From sequence record SRR31156797_1705: a DNA stretch of 59,380 nt; one strand, 5' to 3'. The notes below the pieces were generated by a model that did no database searches, was not told the origin of the DNA, and worked only from the letters and a program-made list of their open reading frames with translations. Positions 20,243 to 30,732 of the stretch are shown here, one piece after another. The position numbers and the translations under genes are program-made. Position 1 is the first letter of the stretch; every line of letters starts with the position of its first letter.

Positions 20243-21262
20243 CTACTTCGTGGACAAGAAAGACAAATAATTGTCAACCATTTTCGATACATTATATTCC
20301 TTTTTAGCCAATTTTGCGGCATTAGCAGAATAGGAACCGAAATTTGCCAGTACGGAATTAGCTGCATTAACCAATGGCTCCATCTTCGGAAACTCTTGCT
20401 TCCATGGGTCAGCTCCAAACGGAACAATTATTCCACTTTCATTTTTCACAATTTCCTTCAAAGCTCCTGTATCAAACCCAATAACGGGAATTCCACTCGC
20501 CAGCGCCTCTATAACCGTATTCGGGCAAGCTGCATTTACATCAAGTGAGAGGTAAACTGCATCTCTATAGATTTCAGGCAGTTTATCTCTGGAAACAACT
20601 CCACGATAATCAATATCAGAATCAAGTTTCTTAATATTTTCTTTTTTCTCAAAATTTCCGTAAAGCAAAAGACTGTGAAATTCACCTTGTTCGATTAAAT
20701 TTTGTTGCACAAAATTCAACAGCTCAATCGCATATGGTGAATAGTCAATATTACCTTCAATGCATAAAATAGAGATCTTTTCAGAATGCTTTTCTGTTCG
20801 TTTAAACAGGTTTGTATTTACTCCATTATATATAATAGCACTTTTTTTTAGTTTGGCTGACTGGCCAAGTTTCAATAGCCACTTCTTTGAAAATGAACTT
20901 TGATATACAATACCACTTCCCACTAATCTTTGGATAAGAGGAATGAATTTTATTTTGAGCGATATGAACTCCCTTTCAGTAACTGATCTTTTTTTAATCC
21001 TGTAAAGCCAGTTTATACCTCCCAATCTGAAGAATACCGGAATTCCCCTCGTACGTGATTTTAACAACCAAAATATTTTGCGGGTACTCCCAAGCACTAT
21101 GATCACGTCAGGACGGATATTATCCCATGGGTATACAACACTTCCACCCATTCGTATTATCTCTGCCTCAAATCGCCGTTGAAAACTGCCAGGGCCACCA
21201 TGATTTGTAGGTTTGGTCGGAAATCCAATCCTCATTTTAATTTTTCCATTCTCTAAATCCAC
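20243..21262 (-). CDS. glycosyltransferase family 4
   Basis: GGPGSF, IIYNGV, ACPNTVIEALASG. Confidence 0.82.
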   Translation of the reverse strand: MDLENGKIKMRIGFPTKPTNHGGPGSFQRRFEAEIIRMGGSVVYPWDNIRPDVIIVLGSTRKIFWLLKSRTRGIPVFFRLGGINWLYRIKKRSVTEREFISLKIKFIPLIQRLVGSGIVYQSSFSKKWLLKLGQSAKLKKSAIIYNGVNTNLFKRTEKHSEKISILCIEGNIDYSPYAIELLNFVQQNLIEQGEFHSLLLYGNFEKKENIKKLDSDIDYRGVVSRDKLPEIYRDAVYLSLDVNAACPNTVIEALASGIPVIGFDTGALKEIVKNESGIIVPFGADPWKQEFPKMEPLVNAANSVLANFGSYSANAAKLAKKEYNVSKMVDNYLSFLSTK

Positions 21263-21267
21263 ATCAC

Positions 21268-22398
21268 CTAATTTTTTTGCATCATTAATTCAACCAGTTG
21301 AGATGAATTGACAAATTCTATATCGGGATATTTTCTTATAATTGAGGAAAGCAGTTCATCCAGAAGTTTAAGGTTTCTATCGCGATTCATTTTATTCATG
21401 GTTCCAATAAAATTTAACCGGTGTGTTCCGACTATTGCAGGAATTCCGGACCCAATGGCACTGACAATGCGTTTGAAGCATTGATCAGCAGTATCATTAG
21501 GATGGTTTGACAGTGCAGGTTCAAAGAACGCATTCCTCACCAGATAATATTGACCGAACTTATTTCTTTGTCCTAAAAAATGCATTTTTTTCCTAAACTT
21601 ACCCTGAGGTCCCGGAAGAAACTGATAAGGCAGGCCCTGGAATGCTAAAATTCCGTTTTCATTAGCGGCTTTTTCAACATCTCGCCCCCATATATAAGAG
21701 GGAGCAATCATTGTTTTTGAAGCAAACCCAAACTGCTTTAAAAAAAGTTCAAGCCCTTGTGAAACTGCATTCTGATAATAATTTAAGTGTTCCTGATTTA
21801 TGGAATCAAAAGCTCCGGTTACGTTTTTCTTAGATTTTATCAGATTAGAAGCCCGGACACAAAATGTGTGGTGGCCAAATGCTTCTATCAGGTTTTTGTC
21901 TCCCGCCTTTAGAGCATCTAGCCATAATGGCACATTTAAATGCTCACGGCCATGAAACTGTGGAAATAAGAATCCGCTTTCAATCCCCTCGCCAAAGGCA
22001 TTGATGACACTTTTACCATCTGAATACCTAAGGTACGATGTATTTAAATCAACGAAACTGTATTCGCTATACCGTCGGTCAGCTATTTGTTCGAAATCCG
22101 GGTTTGTCATTACAGTGTTTGCTGTTATGCAAGCATGTTGTCCGTTTTTATCCCGGTATTTTTTCAGAACATCAAACAAAGCGTAAAAATCAACAGAACT
22201 TTCAAGTGCATCGAACTTGTCAAAAAAATCATCCTCTTTTATTATTCCGGATACAGCCAATCTGTTCAGGCTACTTCTAGACGAAATCCTTAGGGCTCCC
22301 CAATCATCAGATTCAAAAATTAATAGTTTTCGATTCGTTTTCCATGATAAAAGCCTGGTTAATAAATTATATGATAAAGATTTGAATGAATTTAACAT
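21268..22398 (-). CDS. polysaccharide deacetylase-like protein
   Basis: FESDDWG, FPQFHGREH, GTHRLNF; paralogue of 12436-13578. Confidence 0.65.
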   Translation of the reverse strand: MLNSFKSLSYNLLTRLLSWKTNRKLLIFESDDWGALRISSRSSLNRLAVSGIIKEDDFFDKFDALESSVDFYALFDVLKKYRDKNGQHACITANTVMTNPDFEQIADRRYSEYSFVDLNTSYLRYSDGKSVINAFGEGIESGFLFPQFHGREHLNVPLWLDALKAGDKNLIEAFGHHTFCVRASNLIKSKKNVTGAFDSINQEHLNYYQNAVSQGLELFLKQFGFASKTMIAPSYIWGRDVEKAANENGILAFQGLPYQFLPGPQGKFRKKMHFLGQRNKFGQYYLVRNAFFEPALSNHPNDTADQCFKRIVSAIGSGIPAIVGTHRLNFIGTMNKMNRDRNLKLLDELLSSIIRKYPDIEFVNSSQLVELMMQKN

Positions 22399-22468
22399 CC
22401 TTTTATATGTTCAAAACAAAAAGATATGATAAGCTTAAGGACTCGGTTCATCAACAAAATATTGACAC

Positions 22469-23794
22469 TCAAGATGTGCGAACCTCACTCTGGCCATCAG
22501 ACTGTTCTATGCTACGATTTTTATTAAAATATTTGAATATCTCATGCATGGCATAAAGAGCAAAAAGTATTACAAATATTTCTGTTTGGGCCCTGTATCG
22601 ATCCCTTCCCCAAATCAAATAGGCATGTACTAAACTGTGAATAAACGGGATACTCCAGATTACAATGGCAACATAGTATTTTCTTTTGATCAATAAAACT
22701 AAACTTATTATGTAAAACGGTATAAATAGACCATACATTAATAAGTTTATAATGTTTTTATACATTGGAAATTGAACCCAGCGGAACCCCCATGCTGTAA
22801 ACTGACCTTTAATAAACATTGGTTGCCAGAATTGAACAAATGATTTCCATCTTGCTTCCCATTTACCCCATTCCTCCGGGATTATTCCCTTCTCCTCAAT
22901 GATTCGCTTTGTTAAATTTGGCCAGGGGTTGTACTTCTCCTTTTCGCCGATAGTTTCATCAGATTGACCTTTCATACCAGAAATATCAGATCCCCATATT
23001 TTTGAAGTAATTACAGTAGTCCTTGGAGTTAAAATCACAAATTGATCATGAACCTGATATAAATGTATTGACCAGGGAAGCATGGTTAATACTAAAAAGG
23101 TTAACGCTAATGCCGCATTTAACAGTCGTGTTCTAAATATTAAATTCCTGTTTAGAAAAATTAATAGCAGCAGCAAGGGCAGGTAAACAATAAACCTTTC
23201 ATCAATGTGAATTAAAAAAGAGAATAAAAGTATAGCCAGAAAAATGTATAATAATGGTTTTGATGATCTAAAACTTTTTAATAACAGCACTATAATTAAT
23301 GGTAACAAAAAGATGATTGTACATTCCTTATAAATATGAGGTGAGAACCTTATTGTTTCATAGAAAAAAACTCCGTAAAGAGTAATAAGCCATGCAACCG
23401 AATTATTAAATAAATATTTCCCTAATTTGTATAGAACAATAACAAGAATTGATGACAATAATATATTGTAAATGACAAATGCAAGATTTGGGTTATTAAA
23501 CAAGAATTCAAAGACCGTGACAACTAACGGCAAGCCGGGCCCGATAATCAGGTTCTCGAAGGTTTTCTTGTTAAAAGTTAGGCTTGGATTAAAATCACCT
23601 TGCAAAAAACTTTTGCCAGCACCCAGATAAGCAGCTTCGTCCGCTTCAATGTCCAGCACAAAAGTATCATAGGTTACAACAACGTATGCTACTCTTATTA
23701 AAACTGATAATAGGAATGCTATCAACAATACCATTTTTGTATTCTTATCCAAAAGTCCCAGGATATGTGTAACTTGAATGTTTAAACTCCTCAT
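22469..23794 (-). CDS. GT-C fold (ArnT/PMT-like) membrane glycosyltransferase
   Basis: ADEAAY in first loop, PGLP, YKE, LPWS, RYR; polytopic. Confidence 0.7.
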   Translation of the reverse strand: MRSLNIQVTHILGLLDKNTKMVLLIAFLLSVLIRVAYVVVTYDTFVLDIEADEAAYLGAGKSFLQGDFNPSLTFNKKTFENLIIGPGLPLVVTVFEFLFNNPNLAFVIYNILLSSILVIVLYKLGKYLFNNSVAWLITLYGVFFYETIRFSPHIYKECTIIFLLPLIIVLLLKSFRSSKPLLYIFLAILLFSFLIHIDERFIVYLPLLLLLIFLNRNLIFRTRLLNAALALTFLVLTMLPWSIHLYQVHDQFVILTPRTTVITSKIWGSDISGMKGQSDETIGEKEKYNPWPNLTKRIIEEKGIIPEEWGKWEARWKSFVQFWQPMFIKGQFTAWGFRWVQFPMYKNIINLLMYGLFIPFYIISLVLLIKRKYYVAIVIWSIPFIHSLVHAYLIWGRDRYRAQTEIFVILFALYAMHEIFKYFNKNRSIEQSDGQSEVRTS

Positions 23795-23854
23795 TTTTGG
23801 CTAATTGTATTATTTGGTAAATAATTTTGTCTATGGGTCGTAATTATAATAGTA

Positions 23855-24952
23855 TTAAGAAAAATATGATCTAATTTTATCACAAATATAATCAACTTCC
23901 CCATTTTTCAAATCAATATAAGTAGGCAGGCTTAATCCCGAAGCTGAAATCTCCTCTGTAACCGGTAATGATAAATCGTTATACTCCTTTAAATACGGCA
24001 TTTTATGAATCGGAACAAAGGTGGGCCTCGAATCGATGCCCTGGTCCTTTAGGTGATTTGCAAGCTTGGATCTAATTTCCCTCGAAACCAATATAGTATA
24101 AAGCCAATTTACAGGTTTTCTGTAATTATCACCTTTAAACGGTGTTTTTACTTGCGTGCAATTCCGGAGATTTTCTGTGTATCTATGGAATATTCTCTCC
24201 CGTTCCTCGAGGAAAAAATCAAGCCTTTCAAATTGTGCAAGCCCAACTGCAGCCTGAAGGTTCGTCATACGATAATTGTATCCTTTAACTATATGATAAT
24301 ACCTCTTGCTTGGTGACATACCATGATCCCTTAGCATCTTAATCTTTTCTGCAATTTCTTTGGAATTTGTAGAAACCATACCGCCCTCTCCACAAGTAAT
24401 GAGCTTGTTGCCATAAAAACTGTGGCAAGAAATATCACCAAAACCACCTAATTTTTTTCCATGATAAACTCCTCCAAGAGCTTCAGCATTGTCTTCAATT
24501 AATCTCACATGATGTTTTTCACCTATTTGAATTAGTTCATTAATGTTTGCCGGATTACCATACACGTTAACAAAAAGAATGGCTTTTGTCCGTTTTGTGA
24601 TTATCTCTTCGATTTTGGAGGCATCAAGGTTCCAGGTTTCTTTTTCTATATCAACAAAAACAGGGGTGGCGCCTGTATAAAGTATAGCATTAACTGTTGC
24701 AATGAAGGTAAATGATGGTACTATTACTTCGTCTCCGGGGCCTATTTGCAAAGCTTCCAATGCCAAATGCAAAGCTGTTGTACCATTTGAGCAGGCCATG
24801 CTGTAATTTCGTTCGACATATGTTGAAAATTTATTTTCGAAATCCTTTACAAAACTGCCAAGCGAGGAAATCCAGTTACTTTCAATACATTGCTGAAGGT
24901 ATTTCATTTCAGATCCTTGCAAATTGCTACTTGAAATTGGTACATATTTCAT
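23855..24952 (-). CDS. DegT/DnrJ/EryC1/StrS aminotransferase, perosamine-synthetase-like
   Basis: NWISSLG, NGTTALHLAL, EDNAEALG, SFYGNKLITCGEGGM, GYNYRMTNLQAA. Confidence 0.85.
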   Translation of the reverse strand: MKYVPISSSNLQGSEMKYLQQCIESNWISSLGSFVKDFENKFSTYVERNYSMACSNGTTALHLALEALQIGPGDEVIVPSFTFIATVNAILYTGATPVFVDIEKETWNLDASKIEEIITKRTKAILFVNVYGNPANINELIQIGEKHHVRLIEDNAEALGGVYHGKKLGGFGDISCHSFYGNKLITCGEGGMVSTNSKEIAEKIKMLRDHGMSPSKRYYHIVKGYNYRMTNLQAAVGLAQFERLDFFLEERERIFHRYTENLRNCTQVKTPFKGDNYRKPVNWLYTILVSREIRSKLANHLKDQGIDSRPTFVPIHKMPYLKEYNDLSLPVTEEISASGLSLPTYIDLKNGEVDYICDKIRSYFS

Positions 24953-25011
24953 ATTAATAATTATAATGGATAATGAGAATTCCGATAAGAATTCATTATA
25001 AATTTTAAACC

Positions 25012-25929
25012 CTATTGTGATTTCCTTTTATTTGCCAAACTGATACTAAAAAAAATACCAAACAAAAAAATCCAAAACATCGAAATAATTCTATCAACTA
25101 TTCCTGCAAGAAAACCAATACTAAATGTAAATCCATAAGATCTGCTAACGGCACCAACAACAGCTTCCCTGAGCCCTAAATTTCCAGGAAAAATTGTATT
25201 GAATCTCAATATAGTTGAAAAAACTGTCATGATTATAATGCTGCTTAGACTAATATTGATATCAAGATCCCTAAATATAAGTAAAAAACGTAACGAAAAT
25301 AAAACCAAGACAACAATATGTAATGCAAGAATTTGCCATAAAACATAGTGATTTTGTCTGATTAATAATAATCCATTCTGTATACTCGCCAAATATGAGG
25401 ATATTTTGTTGTTACCATGTAGTTTTCCACTAGGTAAAAACAAAAAAAGCAATCCAACAAACAAAAGACATAATAGAGTCAAAAGAATATAATTATTAAA
25501 GTCACCATCTCTCATATAGCGGATAAGCTCAACACTTAGACCAATAAATCCATAGGCTAAAATCATGATTAGAGTACTGGCCAACATTAAGCTTACGAAC
25601 TTTGTAATTGGTAAATTATTTTTAATCTTTAAATACGCAGCATTATGAACTGATCCTGCATTCAAAGGCAAAAAGTTGCCAAATGATCTAATTGAAATCA
25701 ATCCGAACGATTCAATTAGTGTAAGTTTGACTTTAAAGCATTTTGTAATAAGCCTTAAAATAACTGCCTGCAAGATTTGAAGAATAATAAAGATCATTGA
25801 CACCCAAAAAATAGTAATAGTTCTAATCTTGTAGATATTTTGAAATTGATCCCATTGATTCCTTGTAATAAGAAGTATTAATGCAATAAATACAACAGTA
25901 ATGAGATAAGATAGCAGCTTCTTATTCAT
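25012..25929 (-). CDS. lysylphosphatidylglycerol-synthase-TM domain (flippase-like) membrane protein
   Basis: GNFLP..G, FPGNLGLREA, IVDR; about 8 hydrophobic segments. Confidence 0.75.
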   Translation of the reverse strand: MNKKLLSYLITVVFIALILLITRNQWDQFQNIYKIRTITIFWVSMIFIILQILQAVILRLITKCFKVKLTLIESFGLISIRSFGNFLPLNAGSVHNAAYLKIKNNLPITKFVSLMLASTLIMILAYGFIGLSVELIRYMRDGDFNNYILLTLLCLLFVGLLFLFLPSGKLHGNNKISSYLASIQNGLLLIRQNHYVLWQILALHIVVLVLFSLRFLLIFRDLDINISLSSIIIMTVFSTILRFNTIFPGNLGLREAVVGAVSRSYGFTFSIGFLAGIVDRIISMFWIFLFGIFFSISLANKRKSQ

Positions 25930-26824
25930 AGAGGTCATAACCAAATTTTGTCATTGTTGAACCACATAAATCATTAAAAAATGCGTACATATTTGAATCC
26001 CAGGATTCCTTTGTTGGGAATCCATATGAAATATTCTTATGTACTTTCATATTGACAAGCTTTAAGGCTTTATCAATGTCAATATCACCACCTTTAAGAT
26101 GCTGGGTTAAAAATATTAGTAGATGTTTTAAATTGCCAGTTTTGCTTTCAGATTGAAATATATCCTCAAACCTTACCAACCTGCCATTTATTGAGGGTTC
26201 AATATCACTTATTGCTTTGGAATTGATTTTATTCCAGGCCCAGCACAGTTTTTGAAACCTATCGTATTTATTCCAATTATTCACATTAGAATCACTGCTA
26301 AAAAAACCGGGCTCAAGCCTCCTAACAAAATAATTATTGAATTTATTTTCATTGTACCAGGCTCCCCAGTTCATATGTGAAGTAACCCAATCATATCCAT
26401 TGCGAACTATAAATGCAAAACGAACATTTGTGAAAAAGTCCTCCATGTAAGGAAGCAGTCCATAAAGTGTTGGATTAGACTCGGCATAGTAATCGCCTGG
26501 CAAATTTTTGATAAAATTGTATCTGTTTCTAGCTAATAACTGAAATACTCTTTCATCGTCATATTCAGAGGCCAATACTTTATCAGATAAAAACCGCACC
26601 CCAAATTTCCCAAATAGTTTATCCAACGTAAGGTTGGCAATCCCGAAACCCTTAATTTTAAACCGCCAATCAGATGCACTAAATAAATTGATTTCTCTGT
26701 CTGGCATATGAAATGAATCAATATTTTTTATGCATTCCTGAAACAGATTTGCAAAAAACAAAGTGCCGGTCCTTCCTGCTGACGCAATAATAATGGAAGG
26801 TTTATTTATCTTCCTATTTTCCAT
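25922..26824 (-). CDS. sulfotransferase-like P-loop protein
   Basis: SAGRTGTLF, FIVRNGYDWVTS, VRFEDI, M..FGY. Confidence 0.65.
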   Translation of the reverse strand: MENRKINKPSIIIASAGRTGTLFFANLFQECIKNIDSFHMPDREINLFSASDWRFKIKGFGIANLTLDKLFGKFGVRFLSDKVLASEYDDERVFQLLARNRYNFIKNLPGDYYAESNPTLYGLLPYMEDFFTNVRFAFIVRNGYDWVTSHMNWGAWYNENKFNNYFVRRLEPGFFSSDSNVNNWNKYDRFQKLCWAWNKINSKAISDIEPSINGRLVRFEDIFQSESKTGNLKHLLIFLTQHLKGGDIDIDKALKLVNMKVHKNISYGFPTKESWDSNMYAFFNDLCGSTMTKFGYDLYE

Positions 26825-28040
26825 CAATCAATTTGATATACATTTTAACAATTTTTTCCCACGAATATTTGTCCTCAATAAAAGTCCTTGCATCCTCTTT
26901 TAATTTGAATCTCTGTTTGTTACTAAAAAAATGTATGATCTTTTCAGCTAGATATTGAGAATGGCCCGGAGGGAAATAGTAAGCTCCGTAGCCATTATTT
27001 ATTGACCCGATATTCCCGCCAACTTCACTAATCATTGCAGGCGTACCACAGGCCATAGCTTCAAGGGCTGCGGTTGCAGACCCTTCTGTATCTCCACTAT
27101 CATCGACGCATGAGGGTAAAACATACAGGTCAGCAGATTGAAGCAAAGGAACTACTTCTTCCTCAGGAATAAAACCCGGCATTTCCACATAGTCCTCTAA
27201 GTCATGCTTTTTCCTAAGTTCAATCAAATCATTAAATAAAGGCCCCCTACCTCCTAATATTAATTTTACATCAGGAATATCTGATATCACATAATGTATG
27301 CTTTCCAACAGGTGCCGATGGCCTTTTCTTTCGACCATCCTTCCAGTAAAAAAAATAATTTTTCTATTTTCAGCATTATATTTCCGAAGAACTTCATGAT
27401 TTTTATTATCTGGCTTATAATAATCAACGTCTATTCCATCTGGGATTATTTGCACATCATTATGTCCTGTTAGGGATTTTACTGAATTTGCAGTATTCTC
27501 ACTTATAGACGCAATATAGTCAACATTTTTAACTGAATATTTAATAAAGGGTAGTAATACCTTCATTTTACCATTTTGGACAGGTAATAACTCCGCACCA
27601 TAAGCTGTCGTGATTGTAATAACATTTAGTAGTCTCCCGATAATCGCTGCAACAAAACCATTTGGAATTACCCAGTGTCCGTTTAAAATATCAATTTTTC
27701 TTGAATTTACTAATTTAAATGTATTCAGTAAAAATCCTAAAATTAGAAATGGAACCAGAAGCTTATTCTTTAATTTCTTTATATTTTCAGGTATTCCAGA
27801 GCCGTAGGTCAGAGTTTCCCACTTTGACTTAAAGAAATAATGAAATCGATGTATAAAAATCCCTTCTTCAATTAAATCCTTTTTTGTGGCATGTTGATGT
27901 GGAGTTAATACATGAACTTCAAAACCAGCTTTCCGTAATGCAATCGCAAAGTCTCTTATAAACTTTCCAAATATCATTTTCCCACTTAACTCATCAACCT
28001 TTGATGGATAAATGGTTGATAGTATCAAAATCTTTTTCAT
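26814..28040 (-). CDS. glycosyltransferase family 4
   Basis: GHWVIPNG, GRMVERKG, DTEG...ALEAMACG. Confidence 0.88.
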   Translation of the reverse strand: MKKILILSTIYPSKVDELSGKMIFGKFIRDFAIALRKAGFEVHVLTPHQHATKKDLIEEGIFIHRFHYFFKSKWETLTYGSGIPENIKKLKNKLLVPFLILGFLLNTFKLVNSRKIDILNGHWVIPNGFVAAIIGRLLNVITITTAYGAELLPVQNGKMKVLLPFIKYSVKNVDYIASISENTANSVKSLTGHNDVQIIPDGIDVDYYKPDNKNHEVLRKYNAENRKIIFFTGRMVERKGHRHLLESIHYVISDIPDVKLILGGRGPLFNDLIELRKKHDLEDYVEMPGFIPEEEVVPLLQSADLYVLPSCVDDSGDTEGSATAALEAMACGTPAMISEVGGNIGSINNGYGAYYFPPGHSQYLAEKIIHFFSNKQRFKLKEDARTFIEDKYSWEKIVKMYIKLIDGK

Positions 28041-28045
28041 TGCAG

Positions 28046-29143
28046 CTACTTATATAGTCTATCATTATCTAAAATGTCCATCCACATGGCAAAAAGTATA
28101 GCCTGAAACCCGGTAATAAACAAAAATATAAATGCAAGAATGGTAACAGGGTTTGCACTTTGTCCAGCGAAAACCAACCCTAGAATTTTTATAAAAAACG
28201 GTATTGATGATACTATCAATATGAAGCCAATATGGTAAAGTAAGAACAATGGATGAAAATCTTTTATTAAGTATTTAATGTATAGCCTTCTGAAAAATGA
28301 TCTTAATAATAACCATGAAATTCTTGGAATTACTTTGTGTATTTTCATTTTTGATTTTTCACCAAGGTTGTAGACAGGTTTAATATCAACCTCTCTGATA
28401 GTACAGGAAGCAATATTCATTTTAATCAATAAATCATTGGGCCATCCATAACGCTTATAGATTTTGTATAACTTGATTGAATTAATTGCATTTTTCGATA
28501 GTGCAACGTAACCAGTTTGTGTATCTGATATTTTCCAATAACCAGAAGCTAATTTATTAAGTATTGATAAAATAGAATTTCCAATAAAGCGTGTTTTAGG
28601 AATAATCAACCAAGAGCTTCCATGCATTAAACGATTCCCTTTTACATAGTCAACATCACTTAAAACTATTGGGCTCACGATCGATTCAAGTTCATTAGGA
28701 TCCATTTGCCCATCCCCATCCATGATTGCTACTGCATCAATTCCAAAATCTTTGGCCCATTTTAATCCTCTAGCAATTCCTTTTCCATTTCCATAATTAT
28801 TATGATGGTTAATTAAAATTATGCGGTCCTTCGTTTCTTCACTGTTATATACAGTAGCAGGCCCAAAATAATTAATTTCTTCCATATTTTTTTCATGCAA
28901 TAAAACATCGGCATAATTATAAGAATTTTTTATAATTTTATCTGGAACAAGTTCTAATCCTGAGAAATTGAACTCAGGGTCCAATATTAATTTTTTTACA
29001 ACATTTTCAGTGTTGTCTGATGAATTATCATTGATGATAACAATTCTATCAACAAAATCAGGCATGGTCTCGATCACTCTGCCTATCTGGCTTTCTTCAT
29101 TATATGCCGGAACTACTACTGCTATTGTTTTGTTATTTAACAT
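28046..29143 (-). CDS. glycosyltransferase family 2, polyprenyl-phosphate-sugar-synthase-like with C-terminal TMs
   Basis: VVVPAYNEE, NDNSSDNT, MDGDGQMDP, YVKGNR, DTQTGY; two C-terminal hydrophobic helices. Confidence 0.85.
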   Translation of the reverse strand: MLNNKTIAVVVPAYNEESQIGRVIETMPDFVDRIVIINDNSSDNTENVVKKLILDPEFNFSGLELVPDKIIKNSYNYADVLLHEKNMEEINYFGPATVYNSEETKDRIILINHHNNYGNGKGIARGLKWAKDFGIDAVAIMDGDGQMDPNELESIVSPIVLSDVDYVKGNRLMHGSSWLIIPKTRFIGNSILSILNKLASGYWKISDTQTGYVALSKNAINSIKLYKIYKRYGWPNDLLIKMNIASCTIREVDIKPVYNLGEKSKMKIHKVIPRISWLLLRSFFRRLYIKYLIKDFHPLFLLYHIGFILIVSSIPFFIKILGLVFAGQSANPVTILAFIFLFITGFQAILFAMWMDILDNDRLYK

Positions 29144-29182
29144 AAAAATTATTGTTACGTAATTAATTTTAGAGGCAAGAGG

Positions 29183-30292
29183 TTATAATTCCAAAAACTT
29201 TTGAGCCACGTTTTCAATCTTATACTGGTCCATATTAACGAAATGAAATCGGTTTGAATAATCCCCATTCAGAAACTGCTCAAGATGCTCAACATCAATC
29301 TCATTAGATAACATCGACAGCACAGGCCTCCCGGTTAAGAAATAGTCGATTAATTTACTCGGAGCCTGGTTTGCCGGATCATATGCAATGTTGATAAGAA
29401 AATCTACTTTGCTCAGTTCATATATAAGTTGCTTGCGAGGAATGTAGTCAATAATAACTAACCTGTCTCCCAGCACATTAATAAAAGGTTCAAGATATTG
29501 TTTTGTCCGGGTATAGACTATAAACTTATAATCACTTTTACGTTCAGACAAGTACCTGAGCAAGGCTTCAGGGTTTCTGCCATTTTTTATAAAGGTACCC
29601 GCAAATGCAAATGTTGGAACACGGTTATTTATTTCTCCCTGATATATATCAACATCATCAAACCTAAAACCCTGAGGGATTTCTCTAATCTTAGCATGAA
29701 ATTCCTTATAGAAATTATGTATCATCTCAATTTTAGGTATCGTAATATAGTCAGCCTTTCTTGAAAACCATTTTTCAACATATTTAAAATAAAAAAGCTT
29801 TGAGAACGAATCAAACTTGTTCATCATATAAGGATCGCCACAATCAGCAATCCATTTTTTTGCTGGTCTTTGCGCATTATTGTTCCATCTTAAGGCAACG
29901 CCCCAATGAATTGGGTATGGTGCAGCAATTGAGATGAGCAGGTCGTATCCACTCATTTTTTTTATTTTTTTAGCTACCTGAAAAGTTAACCCAATATTCG
30001 GATATTCAAAAAGCATTAGTAAAATCCTGGAGAGTATTCTCGAAAATAAAGTAACAGGTTTAAATTTACTTTCGATGTGCGGGCTGGTAAAAACAGGCCT
30101 TCCCAGGTCTACAAATTTGATACCGAATTCCTGTGCCAGTTTTTCATGCTCTTTACATTTTTGTGTCAACACCGCTACACTATGGCCATTTCTGGATAGT
30201 TCCTTTGCCAGTTCGGTGGCACGAAATGCTCTTGGTTTATTTTCGGGGTAAAAGCTACGACAAACTATTAATATACTCTGCTTACTAAGCAT
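29183..30292 (-). CDS. glycosyltransferase (GT-B)
   Basis: FYPENKPRAFRATELA, WIADCGDPY, PSKLIDY; paralogue of 34636-35760. Confidence 0.75.
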   Translation of the reverse strand: MLSKQSILIVCRSFYPENKPRAFRATELAKELSRNGHSVAVLTQKCKEHEKLAQEFGIKFVDLGRPVFTSPHIESKFKPVTLFSRILSRILLMLFEYPNIGLTFQVAKKIKKMSGYDLLISIAAPYPIHWGVALRWNNNAQRPAKKWIADCGDPYMMNKFDSFSKLFYFKYVEKWFSRKADYITIPKIEMIHNFYKEFHAKIREIPQGFRFDDVDIYQGEINNRVPTFAFAGTFIKNGRNPEALLRYLSERKSDYKFIVYTRTKQYLEPFINVLGDRLVIIDYIPRKQLIYELSKVDFLINIAYDPANQAPSKLIDYFLTGRPVLSMLSNEIDVEHLEQFLNGDYSNRFHFVNMDQYKIENVAQKFLEL

Positions 30293-30732
30293 ATTGATTT
30301 ATAATTAAGAAAAAGGTGCTGCACATAATTTATTAAGAATTACAACTTGCAACTAGATACCAGAAATATTTTACAATTCCAATCCCTAGTTCCCGGGTTG
30401 CTATCTGCGCAACAAATGTCCATTTTACAACTGATTTTGTTTTAGCCATTCTTTCTGCATGATCCATCTAGTACAGACAATAAAACATTAACTGTAGAAA
30501 AAAATTGAATTTGAAAATCACACAACGCTTTGATAATAATTTCATACATTTTTTCTACATATCGAAATTGCAAGAATTCGTTTGACATTCAATGCATCCG
30601 GTACATTTAGTAAAAACACTTTTTTGTCAAGTATCCAAGAGTTAAACTTTTGATACTTCATCATCAGGTAAACAGAGCAAAATATGGCCTTAAAAACGTT
30701 GTGGGTTCACTTTATGAGCAAAATGAATTATA

